Shown: positions 49,159 to 62,252, counted from the whole stretch's first letter. The stretch is DNA of 63,961 nt, filler included, from Thelocarpon superellum (GCA_026025795.1; 3 parts of 3 records of this genome joined end to end with filler, not necessarily neighbours in it), one strand, 5' to 3'. Numbers and translations are program-made. Notes: generated by a model from the sequence alone, not told the origin.

Positions 49159-50872
49159 ATTGGGCGGCGGAAAAGCGCAGCCAGAGGCGGCGCTCAACGG
49201 AGCCCGTCTGCGTGCTCAACCGACTGCTGGGCCGATTCCGGTGAACTTTGCCGAGGAGGGCATCGGAGCAAAGATGGTCTCCCAGCGAGCCTCTCGATCT
49301 CCAGACACAGGCGAAGGAAAGAGAAAAAGAGAGTAAACTCATGGCTGGAGCCGGAAATGCCATGGGCAACCCACAACGAGAGTCCCAGGCCGAAGAGTGC
49401 GGTCGCCCCTCCTCGGATGCACGTGTTGATGGGAGAGGGTGCCCTTGCTTGATTCTATCCCATGGCACAACATATGTTACTCGGAGCGCCAGGCGTTCGG
49501 AGCTCCGTCGGCTCTCTGTACCTTCTCCTCCCGGCAACTAAGCTCCACTAGTGTTGATCTGGGGCCCGTCCAGAATCCGTTTAGCTGCATTGGTGGGGCG
49601 CCTCGGCGAACTTCGACAGGGACCGAGTAAGTACGGTACGGCAGTATAAGTCCGCTATGCGAGATCATTGGTCACTGGATTGGTCACTGGATCCTGGCAA
49701 CAAGGTCCGGGCAGCCCATCTGCACGTCCATGTGTACGACATTCGACCTACAAGAAGTTGTACAACTTGGTTGTGCCGTCTCAATGATCCTAAATGGAGA
49801 GCCAAGACGAGCCACCATCAGCCAGCGACAACATGAGAATGTGGATTAGAGGTAAGTCGGAACGTGATGAAAGTTGAGGCACGGTCGGTATCACGTGGTC
49901 TCTGCCATAACAGTGTGGAGTCCAAGCTCAGCTTCTCGCCCTTCCTCTACCAACGCCGGCCTCCGGCACGCTCCCTCACATTCGACCGGCTCTGGTAAGA
50001 TCAGCCATGTGGGGGATAAATGCGAAGTCGCATCGTGGTCGGGCTCGATCGATGATGCATGAGAAGCGCCACTTGCGACCGGACGTGGCGTGCCGGCAAG
50101 CTCATCCCACAAGTCGCAGCGTCGAGGGGAAGGTGCCCATCTGGTTGATCGTGCGTTCAGCTCGGCCCAACGGGTGCATAAGATCAACCCGTTGCATAAG
50201 AAACACATGACGCAGCATGTCAGATGTGTGTTGTCGGTCACACTCCTGCTCCTTCTAGCGGTAGTGGTAGTATGTTGGAGGACTCGGCCGTGGCCTCCTG
50301 TTCATGCGGCTCGAGTCGCTCGTTTCGCCTCTCCTCTCGCAGCGCTTGTTCCGAACACACGGCACGCAGGTGCTCAACACACACGGCTCGCGCACGGCAC
50401 ACGTCCTAGCACTGTCATGAGCGTTAGGATAACCGGAAACCGGGCGGGGAAACCGTGTGGAAAGACGATAGCGGGAGAGCAAGGCGACGTGGACCTCCAG
50501 TGACCGGGGACCTCCTTGGTTCCTTGACCATGGGCAGGCGGAATCGCAGGACTCGTCGGCATTGCGTCTGCTGTGACAGAAAAAGAATTGATCCTCAAGG
50601 ATTTCCCAAGGCTATTGACAGAGGAGGAATCGTAATGTCTGGAAGATGGTGAAGTTCAAGTGTTACACTGACGACGTCGTCCCATGATATCTCCAGGCAC
50701 CAGATGTGCCATGCTACCCAAGACCCCAAAGATGCCCTTGTTATCCACCACCCTACGCCTGGCACCTCGTAATGCTCTGTACACCGGGCATGTACGCTGT
50801 AAAAAAACCCACCCGTGCCGACAGTGAACCAGCCTCGGCGTCGGCGCTCGTCGTCAGATCTCCGGCTAATCA

Positions 50873-51814
50873 TCAGAGAACCTGCCGCGGGTGCGTCACG
50901 CGGTCCTCCGATTGCGTGAATCCCGACACGACGGAGACCGCGTCCATGTCTCGGCTGAGCCTTCGCCCACCCTCAGCCTCCGAAACCTCCGAAACGACAT
51001 CGTCGTCTGGATGATCAAAGGGCGAACGTCGGTCATGGCTTTCGTAGGTGGCCATATTGACCTCGGACAGCGGGCTGGCCGTGGTGGAATGCGAAGGACT
51101 TCGGATCCGGGGCGCACTCGAGGTGGCAACGGGGGGCGGGTATGGCGGTGGGGCGTCCTGCGCCGCCGTCGACCAGGGCTTGGGCTGGGAGAAATTGTTG
51201 GCGGCCGCGGCCGAGGCCTCGACGCCCGTGTAGTAGCCGGCATTCGCCCGGAACATGTTGCGAGCAACGGCGCCTGGTTTGAGGATCTGGTCGGCCGAGC
51301 CTTGCGACAGCGTCTTGAGTTCTCCCGTCTCCTGCGTGTGCCGTCTCCGTCGACGCACGCAGAAGATGACGCCGAGGATGACGAGGGAAAGAAGCAGGAT
51401 GGGCAAGAATATGGCAGCGAAGAGTGCCCCGCCCGAGATGGCGTGGCCGGCCGCGCTATCGGAGGAGGCCGTAGCACTCGCCGCAGCGGGACTGGCCAAG
51501 GGCGTCATCACCATGGTTCCCGTGGGCGCGGCGATGAGAACTCCAGGTCCGGTCATCGAGGCCGCAGGATGGCGGTAGGCGGATTGGCCGTCTCCCGTCG
51601 CCACGATGATGCCTCCCGGTGAGCTGTCGAACGGCACGTCGCTCCCACTGGGCGTCGTGATCTCACCACCATTCTCATCGGGTGGGAGAGAGTCGGTGGA
51701 ATTTGGGGTGAAATTACTGGCGAGGCGATCGACTTTGCCCGCGGCCGAGGTGGTAGGGGAAGCCATGGTGTGGTGGAGCCCTGCTCCCAGTTCCGCTCCC
51801 GCTGCGCCGTCCAT
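50873..51814 (-). CDS. Single-pass membrane protein (Ser/Thr/Ala-rich ectodomain, TM, basic stop-transfer, PPPY tail; Mid2-like topology); start uncertain
   Basis: AISGGALFAAIFLPILLLSLVILGVIFCV-RRRRR, followed by DAPPPY and SPFDHPDDD. Confidence 0.7.
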   Translation of the reverse strand: MDGAAGAELGAGLHHTMASPTTSAAGKVDRLASNFTPNSTDSLPPDENGGEITTPSGSDVPFDSSPGGIIVATGDGQSAYRHPAASMTGPGVLIAAPTGTMVMTPLASPAAASATASSDSAAGHAISGGALFAAIFLPILLLSLVILGVIFCVRRRRRHTQETGELKTLSQGSADQILKPGAVARNMFRANAGYYTGVEASAAAANNFSQPKPWSTAAQDAPPPYPPPVATSSAPRIRSPSHSTTASPLSEVNMATYESHDRRSPFDHPDDDVVSEVSEAEGGRRLSRDMDAVSVVSGFTQSEDRVTHPRQVL

Positions 51815-52859
51815 CAGTCACGGTCGCCTACTCCCTTCAACCGGGGCACGAATGGGCCATACCTGTCGCCGACGGCGAGTTGATCCAAGTAGACGATCGA
51901 TGGGGTGCCTCACGCGCTCATGTCCAGGGCATGCAGAGGGAGATGGTGGAGGGACGGTGGATCCCCTGGTGGAGAATGATGATGCGCGTCGGCGTGGACG
52001 GAACGGTCAGGGACCGTGGAGATCAAATGGGGAGAGCAGAGGACCAAAAGGCCGCAAAGGTGGCATGAATATTGCCGGAGACTCGTCGTTATGGACCCAG
52101 GACATGACGAGGCGCAGCGCTGCCAGGTGCGGCACTTGATGGGCGCCAGGCTCAAAGAGGGTCTACAGGCTCGCCATCGCCCGGACGTGGGGTGCATACC
52201 GCTCGTCCGTTGGCTCGCATCCTTACTCCTCGCCCATCGTGTCATCTCGCCCGTGCTCTGCGCTGGTGTGCGTGCTGCGAATCGTCCGAGCTCTCTGTCG
52301 TAAGCAACTTATGCGTCGTCGGAAAGCGTGTCTCAAGTGGGCCGGCGTGGCGTTGAGCGCGCGGGGCGAGCCTCCGCTAGGGCGGAACAGGCAGCCGATC
52401 CACAGCCAGGGCCCCTCGGTACTGGCTACTCGCCCCCGCCCCGGCTCGCGTCCCCCGGCTCTGGGACGTGTATGAGGCTCCCTCCGTTTCAGATGAAACT
52501 CCCACCAACAACCGGTGCTGCATCCCTCTTCCGGCATGGCCACTCTCTCTGACCTCCGTCGCCAGGAATAGAACAGTCATCATGCATGCCGTCGGCTCTT
52601 GCCACAGCTCCAATCTCAACCAAGTATCATGATCATCCACCGGCATTTCTACGTTCTGCACTTCTCCCACCGTGACGTAAGGCTGATCGTTGTGGGGCAC
52701 TGATAGCCCTATCGACCTCGCCACCAACCAGATGCCGAGAAAATGCCGCATCAACAACTTCGGCTGGAGCTACCATGTCGCTTTGTTCATGACACGCGGA
52801 TCGACCACGCTGAAATTTCCTGACACGTCGGGTCTATGTACGGCCGGATCTCGGGGGGA

Positions 52860-54160
52860 TCACTCGTATCGATAGCAAAACGGCCCGCTCACCGTTGTCA
52901 TCAAATCTTGGATGCGGCTCGCGGGGGCCACTGGGCTGAGATCCACGGAATCTTGTATGGTGACGTTGGGGCTGGCTGGTTGATTGAGATACGTGCCGGT
53001 GCCGCTTAGCGCGTACTGGCGCGAGGCCGGATCCTGTGCCTGCCAGAGCCACCACAGGCGGTCGATCTGCGCATGGTGCAGGTAGAAGATGGGGTCCCCG
53101 GGCGACGTGAACATGTCTGCACTAGGATCACCGCCCACCAGGTTATGGCCCGCGCTGTGCACCCCGAGCTCCGGGCTTCCGGGGCTACCTTGCATGGCCA
53201 TCTGGAAGGAGCCGATATCGTCGTGCGCTGTCAGTAGTTCTTTTACCGCACCGGCAGTGGCCCAGCGACTCGCTATGTACGCGTTCAGGTCTCGCTTCAG
53301 GCAGCGAGGATTGTACCCCGACGCATCGCCGTCCGGCCCGATGTTCGGCGAGACGCCCGGAAGCCCGATCGGGCCCAGATTGACCGACAGATTCTTGAAG
53401 GGACCGCTCATTACGCAGCCCCCACCGGTCCCGGGCGGTAGGAGGAGGGTGGCAAAACCAGGTACTGTCAGATTGAGACCCGCGTGCGGCACCGGCGCGC
53501 CATCGCCCGACATGGAATACTCAGACCCATCAAAGACGGGAGAGGTTTGAGGGCTCCCCCCGTCCAGGTCCCAGGCCCAATACCTTGAGTTCGAGTCAGC
53601 GACGCACGCAGAACTTCTCAAAGCGGTGTCCTACGGCTGGGACCCGTTATATCCACATTGTTCTCGCAGCGCGACTTCATATGCCCAGACCATGTATCGA
53701 TGCCATGGCAAGAAGGTTGCCTGTCACAGCACCGACGGTAAGCCACAGGATCCTCTGCGGGATGGAGTCGACATCAGTCATCCCACCGTGAAATGAATGG
53801 TGGGCGTTTGGGCCATGTGAATCGCCACGAAGTCGTCGAAATGGTTTTTGGCCCCGGGTACTTCTCCTGGACCGAAGATCGAAGGCTTTGACTGCAAGCA
53901 CAATACTGCGTCGATGTAGCTTCGCCTCTCCTCGAGGGCCAAGGAACGCCTGCGCGGATCAGCATCAGGAACGACTAGCCGCCACTGTGGGTATACCATT
54001 CTCTGCGGATGACGATATTCTTGGGGGAGCACCCCACATCGCTTAATGCGCGTCGCACGTCCGTCAGGGGGCCTGCGAGAGAGGCGCGACCGGAGGAGCC
54101 GAGCCGAACGCACGCGACACAGGCCAGAGAGAGGCGGACGAGGCGGGAGGACAGCCACAT
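52860..54160 (-). CDS. Secreted tyrosinase-like di-copper protein, 4 exons: 54160-53997, 53949-53787, 53720-53635, 53583-52860
   Basis: Hydrophobic N-terminus, IRREW, YIDAVLCL; CuA (FDDFVAIH, TIH, FLPWHR); PYW; CuB (GVHSAGH, SPGDPIFYLHHAQIDRLW); terminal CYRY. Confidence 0.92.
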
Positions 54161-55735
54161 CGCAGCCAAGGCACGACCACACAAGCCCGGAACGAGTCCG
54201 GTCGGACACGATCAAAGTGTCGAAGGGAGACCTCGACATCTTCGGAATTATAAGAACGCCGCTGCAGCGCGTTCAGGTTTCGACACGAAATTATCCTCGT
54301 GCATGCCTGTGAATAGAATAACGATGCTCCTTCCTGAAAAGGGTGATCATGGGCATGTGCCTGGCAGCCTACCCTCCACCAGCATCACGATTACTGGTAT
54401 GCATGGATCAAACGGATCAAAAAGCGAAGCTTAATCGTGTCCGGCCATCGATCTATCAAGTGGAGATTGGAGAGAAGGCCACGACGTGGTCCTGCATCAA
54501 CGCGTAGGAAGCGCATGGCCATGCAGTGGTCCGAGATGACAAGGAAAGACGGCTTGCCGCGGCGGTGAGGACAGTTGCGATTGGGAGACTGACGCCCATC
54601 GAAGTAACTGGGCACACCTCGAGTCCAAGAAAGTAAATTGCATGGTCAAGAGCCGAGAGATCAGCCGTGGGGGCATGGCCTTGCTCGGTTCACTGGGCCG
54701 TGACTACGTCGCGCGAGCAAATTCAGAGCGTTCAGCTCAGTTTTACGCATGAAAGGGTGAGATGCCGGTGCATAGATTCGGCGGCATCTTGTCCCGAGAC
54801 GGCGTGCTGGGAGGACGAAGTCGCGTTGTCTGAAGTCGGCAACGCTCGTCGAGGAGGTGGCGCAGGGCGGTGGACTTCGGTACGCGCTCAGCGCCAACGA
54901 CGCTGTCGTGGGGAGTCATCCATCGGTAACGGAGCCGCGCGTTCCCTTTGATGCCCTGATTCTCGACGTGTCTTTTACCTGGCCTCTCTAGAGGACTGCG
55001 TTCTGAACAGCTGTATGTCGCATTACAGTATTGAAGTTGAAGTGGGCAGTCAACCATTGTGTCCCTCGACAGCCATGTTGTACGATTACGATGTTGTCAC
55101 CTGCGTCATCGCACTCTTTACCTGCAGACCCAACACGCGTGTCCTCGAGGCTGGTCGCGCGGGTATCAAGAATTTGGCGTCGGCACAAGGTCAAGCCTCA
55201 ACCATGTGCTCAAAGTGCGTCTTGAGAATGCGAAGAGCAGCGGATTCACATTTCTGAGTACGCTATCGCTGAAACGATGACGTTCGCACACGATGGTGTT
55301 CAAGTGACTTGTGACATGTGGAAGGACTCCCCTCCGCGGGGCAGCTTTGATCCCGGCGACTCTCTATCTCGAGATGCAGAAGCAGCGAGGTCCAGGGCAA
55401 GGCGCTGGCGCGTATCTGGGGCCTTCGAGTGAATATCTCTGATGCGGCGCTGGACGTACTTTGCATCGCGGACTGTCTTTTTCCTCGGTGAATACGAGTG
55501 TCCTGGTGACCGTTCCACCAAGATGGCTGGAGCAGTTCGAACGCTCCCACTACCCAACCGCGGCTTCGTTGACGCCATTCCATCCGTCTTTCTCATCGTG
55601 CTTCTCCGTTCGCCGCTCCACCTCGTGCCATTGCTTTCCAAAGACTCCATCCGCGTGAGAATGAACGCGTGCTCGAAGGATTAGCAGCCGCCCACCTCCG
55701 TGACCCACGCCAGCTTCGTTGCCTCAGAATTACTC

Positions 55736-57134
55736 ATGGCTCTTAATCTAGTGCCCGCGTCCTCGGACGAGAACAAGGGACCGCATATCCTCGCTGCCTC
55801 TGTGACCATCACGGTCTTGGCTCTGCTCACAGTATGCGCTCGGATCTTTACTCGGGTGAAGGTCGTGCGTTATGTCGGGCCTGACGACTACGCTGCGTGT
55901 GCCGCGATGGTAGGCTCGCCGGGCCATCTCCCGACGCAGGTGCCTTGACTGATCCGTCCTCAGGCCCTCTCCCTGATTGCCCTGGCCCTCGTCATCGCCC
56001 AAGTGCACTTTGGGGCCGGACAGCACACGACGGCGCTCTCGGCGGCGGTCTTCCATACTGGCATGAAGCTCAACTTCGCGACGCAATTCATGCACATCTG
56101 GGCCATTGCAACTAATCAGGTATCCATCGCCATCTTTCTCTCCCGGATCACGCCCATAGGTAGTCACCAAACCTTCCTTCGGACCATCATTATCCTCACC
56201 GTGATCTACAACGTCTGCTGCACCCTCGTCATTCCATTCGAGTGCATCCCACTCTCTAGAATTTGGGATGCAACCGTCCAGGGGAGATGTTTCACCGTCA
56301 CCATGACCCATGTTCTGGCATATAGCAACGTTGGTGGGTCAGCATGCTGCCTGGCCGGGTTGCCACCGCTCACTCTCTCCAGCGATCAGCATCATCACGA
56401 ACATTTTGCTCGGCGGGCTGCCGACTGTGATGCTTTGGAATGTGCAGATGAATCGCGGGTCCAAGTTCGCCGTGATGGTGATCATGGGGCTGGGCATTTT
56501 GTGGGTCCCCGACCATCTCCTCGCCCATTCGCGTGTTGAGCCGCTGCTGATTGTCTGCACCTCTTTAGCGTCTGCGGTGCGGCGGGAGTGAGAGTTTTCT
56601 TCCTCTCCATCTACGGGACGAGACACGATTACCTCTGTGAGGCGACGATCCCTTGCATACCATAACGTATAGCAACAGAAGGATCCCCGACTGACGGTGC
56701 CACTAGGGGAATCGTCGGGCTTGACCATCTCTACGACGTATGGCTCGCTCCAAAGTCGACGTTGCCCCTGCCGCATCGCTGATCACGCATGTTCTAGGAT
56801 CGAGTGCAACTGCGGCATCATCGCCGCCGCCATCCCTCCTATCAAGCCCCTTTTCCGAAACTTTTTCGTCATCAAGTGGCCCAGCAAGAGCGAGGGTCGC
56901 AAGGTGAGCTGGCCGCTGCACAACGCGGGTCGAGCTGGACATATGCACCTGTCCTCATCCGTCTTGCGTTCTCCACCATCCTCCAAGAAGATGGCGAGAG
57001 TCACGGTGGTCGAGCGGCACGACTACCAGTCTTCATCTTCCGTCAATTCTGCGGAGGCTGGGATGTGGTATTCGGCTTGGCATGGGGATGACAATGAGGA
57101 TCTGCCCGAGTGGAGGACTGAGGATCAGTTTTGA
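55736..57134 (+). CDS. Second Pth11-like (fungal rhodopsin-family) membrane protein, multi-exon
   Basis: VCARIFTR..VGPDDY, GAGQH, FECIPL..WD..GRC, LPTVMLWNVQM..SK, IECNCGIIAAAIP; spliceable GT-AG introns. Confidence 0.82.
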
Positions 57135-57763
57135 GAGCGGAGGACTCGTGATCAGTTTTGAACTGATCTACTTTTGTGCAGCCATCGTGCAGACATTTCA
57201 AGTGCAGTCATAGGAAAAGTGGTGAGTGTCTTTCTTCTGCGCAACAGGTGCTGACCGGCAGATGCGCGGCAGCTACGCAGATACTCCGCGCGGACAACAG
57301 GAAGGGTGGGGCATCACGCACGGCATCTGGTGGGCGCGAGATGTGTTCGAACGCACTGATAAGGGATTCCTGTCAAATACATGTCATTGTCGCAGAGCAT
57401 TACTCTCTAAGTTCAGATAAATCCAACGGCTGTGAGGATAGTCCTGTGGAGAAATCTAGTCCTGGCGGACAATTTGCTCAGCACGAGCGGGCTTGTGCCC
57501 TGTCGGAAGCATGAGGTGCTCCGCAGCTCGGTCATTGGCCAGCCAAGATTGGTCAGCGTCCTACCAATCAATAACCGACGCAGGATTAGCGCGGTACCGG
57601 GTAGTGCAGGAGCAACAGCTCTCGCTCTCTGTCTTGCTCGCTCGCTCGTCTCGTCTTGGTGCCCTGACCATGGGCATCTACAGCTTCGGATGACAGGCGT
57701 CGTTCCATCCCAGGCTCTGCCAGCCGAGCCTATCATCTCTCATCATCTGTCGTTGCCAGGACT

Positions 57764-59000
57764 ATGAGCGGTCTCAAAGAGAAAGTCAAGGGCGGTTGGA
57801 ATCCAAATAAAGATGGAGGTGGCAAAGGAATCCAAACCAGGGTGGTGCGTTGCTCCATTGCTCCATTGCTCCTCAGCGAGAGAGTTCTTCGTCGTCGTGA
57901 AGTATGGCGCCTGACGTGACCGCGGCGTACAGGCAGGCTTGGTGGGCAGAGGAAAAGACAATTCCAACGAGCATACCTCGAGTGACCACCAGTCCGCGCC
58001 CCTCTCAACACTGAAGGACCCATCGGTCTTCGGACCCCCGCCGAAGAACGTGCTCTTCTACGGTGATGCCGCGGGATCCAGCGGTGCCCCAGTCCACCCA
58101 GCAGGGTCGGGAGGCCCCCTGAGCCCGCCCCATGGGTCAGGCTCGAAGGATGTGGCCGCGCCAGGGGCCTCGACCAGATCACCGCCGCCTCCGGTTCCCT
58201 TTCGCGTCGACTCTACGGGGTTGTCTACGAATACTCTGCCAAAGCCACCGGTGAAAAGACCGGGCATGGGTATATCAAGCGCGAGCCTGGAAACCTCTGC
58301 CCGGACCTCACCGAAACCCGCGTTACCCCCTCGCCTGCCGCCGCGGGCACCTTCTCACACGTCTGGTGCTCCTCCCCATCCGCCATCATATAACGAGACT
58401 CAACGAGCCCAGCAGAGCTCACCGAGCCAGTTGAACCAAGGCGCGATCGGCAGACTCGGGAGAGCGGGGGTATCGGTACCTGGCTTCGGAATAGGGTCGC
58501 CATCCGCGTCCAGTCCAGACGCTTCATCCCCAAGCTCGACGAGTCCTCAACGAAATTGGGCGCCGTCGGGACTCTCTGGCTCATCGTACCTCGCCGCAAA
58601 ACCGGGCTCTCCCTCCACGGGCACGTCGCTAGCCGACAAGCAAGCGGCGTTGCGTACCGCCAGCTCCTTTCGAAAGGATCCATCGTCCGTCTCCTTGGCA
58701 GACGCCAAGAGCGCAGCATCCGTTGCCCATAACTTCCAGCAGCGTCACGGGGAGCAGACAGCGCAAGGACTGAAAGCGGCCAACAGCTTGGATCAAAGGT
58801 ACAGTCTGCGTCAGAAAGCAGGTGCTTTCTCGTCGACCGGGACGACCTCGACCGAAGGCCCTGCTCAACCGGCCGCCAGATTTTCATCGATCCCATTCCA
58901 AAAAAAGCCCCCGCCCGTGATCCCGAAGAAAGCGGACGCCCCCTCGGCCGACGCACGATCGGGAGCACCCCCTATACCATTAGCGAGCAAGCCGCGTTGA
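57764..59000 (+). CDS. Aim3-like N-terminal proline-rich actin-patch protein, 2 exons: 57764-57844, 57933-59000
   Basis: KGGWNP, PLSTLKDPSVFGPPPK, PFRVDSTGLST, PALPPRLPPR, GRLGRAGVSVPGFGI, terminal PPIPLASKPR. Family recognised from motifs. Confidence 0.7.
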
Positions 59001-59171
59001 AGTCGTGTTATCCTTGCTCCATGAGTCAAGGTTGGTTGTGAATGAAAAGCATCAGCGGCGAGTTCTCGGCGCAGAGGGATGGATGGCCATTTTACGATAT
59101 GTAGCAATGAAGCTTCCTCCTTCATTTCCCTTACTCTAGCACTGCCCTCTCACGAATCGCGATCGGCCACC

Positions 59172-59988
59172 ATGAAGGATCTCGATCTCCATCTTCATGC
59201 GCCGTGGTTCACCGAGATCCCACCGCGCTGCCTCCAGTTCATTACTGGCAATCGGCACGTTGCTTACACCTTTTCCTACACCACGTCTCCGTCCTTCCTC
59301 CACTGTCGACGGACCTTGACCGTGGCCCATTCGGTGGGGCCACGATCTCTCGGTGACGAAGAGTAGGCTTTGGTGGAATGCAGCCGATCCTCTTGGCTCC
59401 GTCCGTGCTGAGCAGAGACATCTCGACCCCCCGGGTTCCCTCCGACTGCAGGAGCTGATGGAAGCCCATCGGCGTTACGGCACACGCGTCGCCCGGTGGT
59501 GCCTTGATCGGCAGGGACGGCGCATCGGGGATGGAGAGCGCTGGACCTTCGCCTTCTCAGCCCTGTCGGCTGTCGCCAGAGAAGCCAGGACTCGGCGAGA
59601 GGAGCGGATCATGGTCAGCCAGGGCCGGACGCACGGATATCGTATCTACGACTACCATGTGCCAGCAACGCGCAACCTATCCGGTGGACTCGACGCCGCT
59701 GGCGCTGGCGAAGGAGACATCATCGAATTTGAGGCATGTGTCCTTGAGTACGAGCGTGCTTCCCGCGTGCCGGGCCAGCGGACGTGGCGACGCGAGGAGA
59801 CAGGCCAACACACGGCCGTGATCCTGGGCGCCAAAAGATCCACCGTCACCGTCTTGGAGCAGAATGTCGACTCAAGAAAGGTCGTGCAACCTGGGAGCTA
59901 CGATTTGCGTCACATGGTCAAGGGGCGGGTGCAGATCTTTCGGCCGGTGGGCGAGAGCTGGTGTCCTCCTCTGGAGACGAGCTGGTAA
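59172..59988 (+). pseudogene. BBC1/AIM3 C-terminal cysteine-proteinase (CHAP-like) fold gene with a +1 frameshift at ~59326-59328; pseudogene or sequencing error
   Basis: Removing one C from GCCC joins MKDLDLHLHAPWF..RTLTVA to IRWGHDLSVTKSRLWW..EQRHLDPP..IGDGERW..GDIIEF..HTAVI..VLEQN..GRVQIFRPV. The expected GxGECW reads GDGERW. Confidence 0.65.
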
Positions 59989-60722
59989 GATACGAGCACG
60001 AGTAGTCTGCATGGAAGGGATGCCCAGTATCTAAGAGATGGCGAGCAAGGAAAATGTTTCCGCGCCTGAGGTTAATTTGCACGATCCTGGCTCTGTATGC
60101 GGCCTTGGGTGGTAGAGGCCGCAAGTTTGCCTCGTTTGCTCTGTTTGCTGCGTTTGTCTCGGCACCTCCCGCCCTAGCCCCGCACGTGCATCCCGCTTGG
60201 CCATCTAAATCTCAGTTGAGGACCGAGGTAAGCAAGGGCACTAAATCCTCGCTTAAGGGGAGGGAAGCCACTGGGCCCGGGCAAGGTCGACCATCCACTC
60301 ATACAATAATGCAGACGAGGTAATTGGGTGAGATTCACGAAATCAGGATGCGAGCTGCCGTGAATAATTGACTTTCTTGTCACCAGCACACGGGTATTTG
60401 TTGCTCTCCCTCTTCCCTGGCCCTCGCTTACGCTCGAACCCTCCGCAGCTCCATGACGCTTCACCACCCTGCCCCGCCATCTGGCAATCCTTGCAACACC
60501 TCGCAGTGCGGAGTGTTATAGATTCCACGTTCATTCGTTGGTGGGGTCGTGAACCAACCTCGCATGTGCAGCTGGTCGCGTGCCCGATTTCCTAAGGAGC
60601 TTTCGTACGAAGACGAGACCGAAAGCGAGACCGAGACCTCGCAACAAGCCCATCCCTGCCAGTGACCCAGATCTCCATAGATTCCTCTACATCTCTCCAA
60701 TTCCTCCTTGTCACCCATCGCC

Positions 60723-62252
60723 ATGGATCCGTCGATCCTCATTTCATTCCCGGATGCTGCGGTCTTTGAATTCCCGCCTGCCCCGCTGCCGAACACGCTG
60801 CCGCCACCGCCGGCGGAGTTTGTCCACGCGCCCGCGTTTCCGATCCCGACGACCGTCTTCCACAACTTGTTGAGCGTGTACTACCCCGCCACAATCGCCC
60901 TCGTCTACGCCACCACGGTCGTCTACCTGAATGGCGTCAACCAACAACGCGGAGGCCGACCATGGGCGTTCAGCCACAGCTCGACGTTTTTCGGTCTGGT
61001 CATTACGCACAACATCTTCCTGGCCATTTACTCCGGATGGACCTTTTTCGGAATGTGCCTGATGTTCAATCGTGTATGGCCCGGCTTGTCGGGGGAACAT
61101 GGACTAGCGGCGGCGATGGAATCCATCTGTCATATCCACGGACCGAAAGGCCTTGGCAATGCGGTGCTATTCAACACCACGGCCGAAGCGTGGACCGTCA
61201 TGTCACCGACCGTGAAGCTCATCGAAGGCGCTGTCCCAAGCAACTTGGACGCAGGACGAATGTGGAACGAAGGGCTGGCCTTTTACGGCTGGCTCTTCTA
61301 TATTTCCAAGTTCTATGAAGTTGTCGACACCGCCATCATTCTTGCCAAGGGAAAGCAGAGCTCGACGCTGCAGTTATTTCACCACACCGGAGCCATGTTC
61401 TGCATGTGGGCGGGGATTCGGTACATGGCGCCACCAATTGCCATGTTTGTGACTGTGAATTCAGGGATCCACGCGATGATGGTAGGAAGTCTCCCCGGCC
61501 ACGGAGACGTACACTGACATGTTCAGTACATGTATTACACCCTGACGGCGTTGGGCACACCGATTCCAGTCGTGATCAAGCGGACACTGACGACGATGCA
61601 AATCATGCAATTTCTCGCGGGAACCAGCGGGGCTATCGCGTACCTGTTCGTCCGACTAACGGTCCCCGTTTCCGTTCCGTACACTGTGACGTCCAGTGTT
61701 CCCTCGGCGATGCAGACGGCTGTCACCGCCACTGCGACTGCAGGGCTGGTCAACCTCCTGAAGAAGCTTGCTTTTCGAGCCGCAGGTGAAGAAGGACTAG
61801 CGGAGAACGTGGCCGGACAGCACCGACTGGGAGGAAGCGGTGACGTCGTACGAGAGGAGACCCGCTACCGCGAGGAATACCGGACAGTTCCTTGTATCGG
61901 CACGTCGGGCGAGGCATTCGCGATCTGGTTCAACATCACGTACCTCATTCCTCTGACGTAAGTCCCTCTTCTTACCTCTCCCACAAGACGTAAGCCGGGA
62001 CTGACACGAGGGATCAGGTGGCTATTTGTCAAGTTCTTCATCAAGAGCTACTCGCGACGGACGTCTTCATCGAGCCGTGCAAGGACAAGCACGAAGGCGG
62101 GGCACGATGCGGTCAAAGGCTTAAATCGACAGATTGGGACGGAGGCCTCGACGAACGGTTCCGTGGGTAACGGCCACGCGGCGAATGGAGTCGCGCAGAA
62201 TGGGAACGCATCGAACGGCACCGTCCCGGAGGGGGAGGGAACTGAGTCGTGA
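60723..62252 (+). CDS. ELO/GNS1-SUR4 family fatty-acid elongase (Gig30-type), 3 exons: 60723-61481, 61527-61957, 62018-62252
   Basis: HNIFLAIYSGWTF, WLFYISKFYEVVDT, LQLFHH, NSGIHAMMYMYY, LTTMQIMQF, WLFVKFFIKSY. Confidence 0.9.

Noticed and set aside
50090..50503. Small ORF with a hydrophobic stretch (VLSVTLLLLLAVVVVC)
   Set aside because: No family features or splice support; cannot be distinguished from chance.
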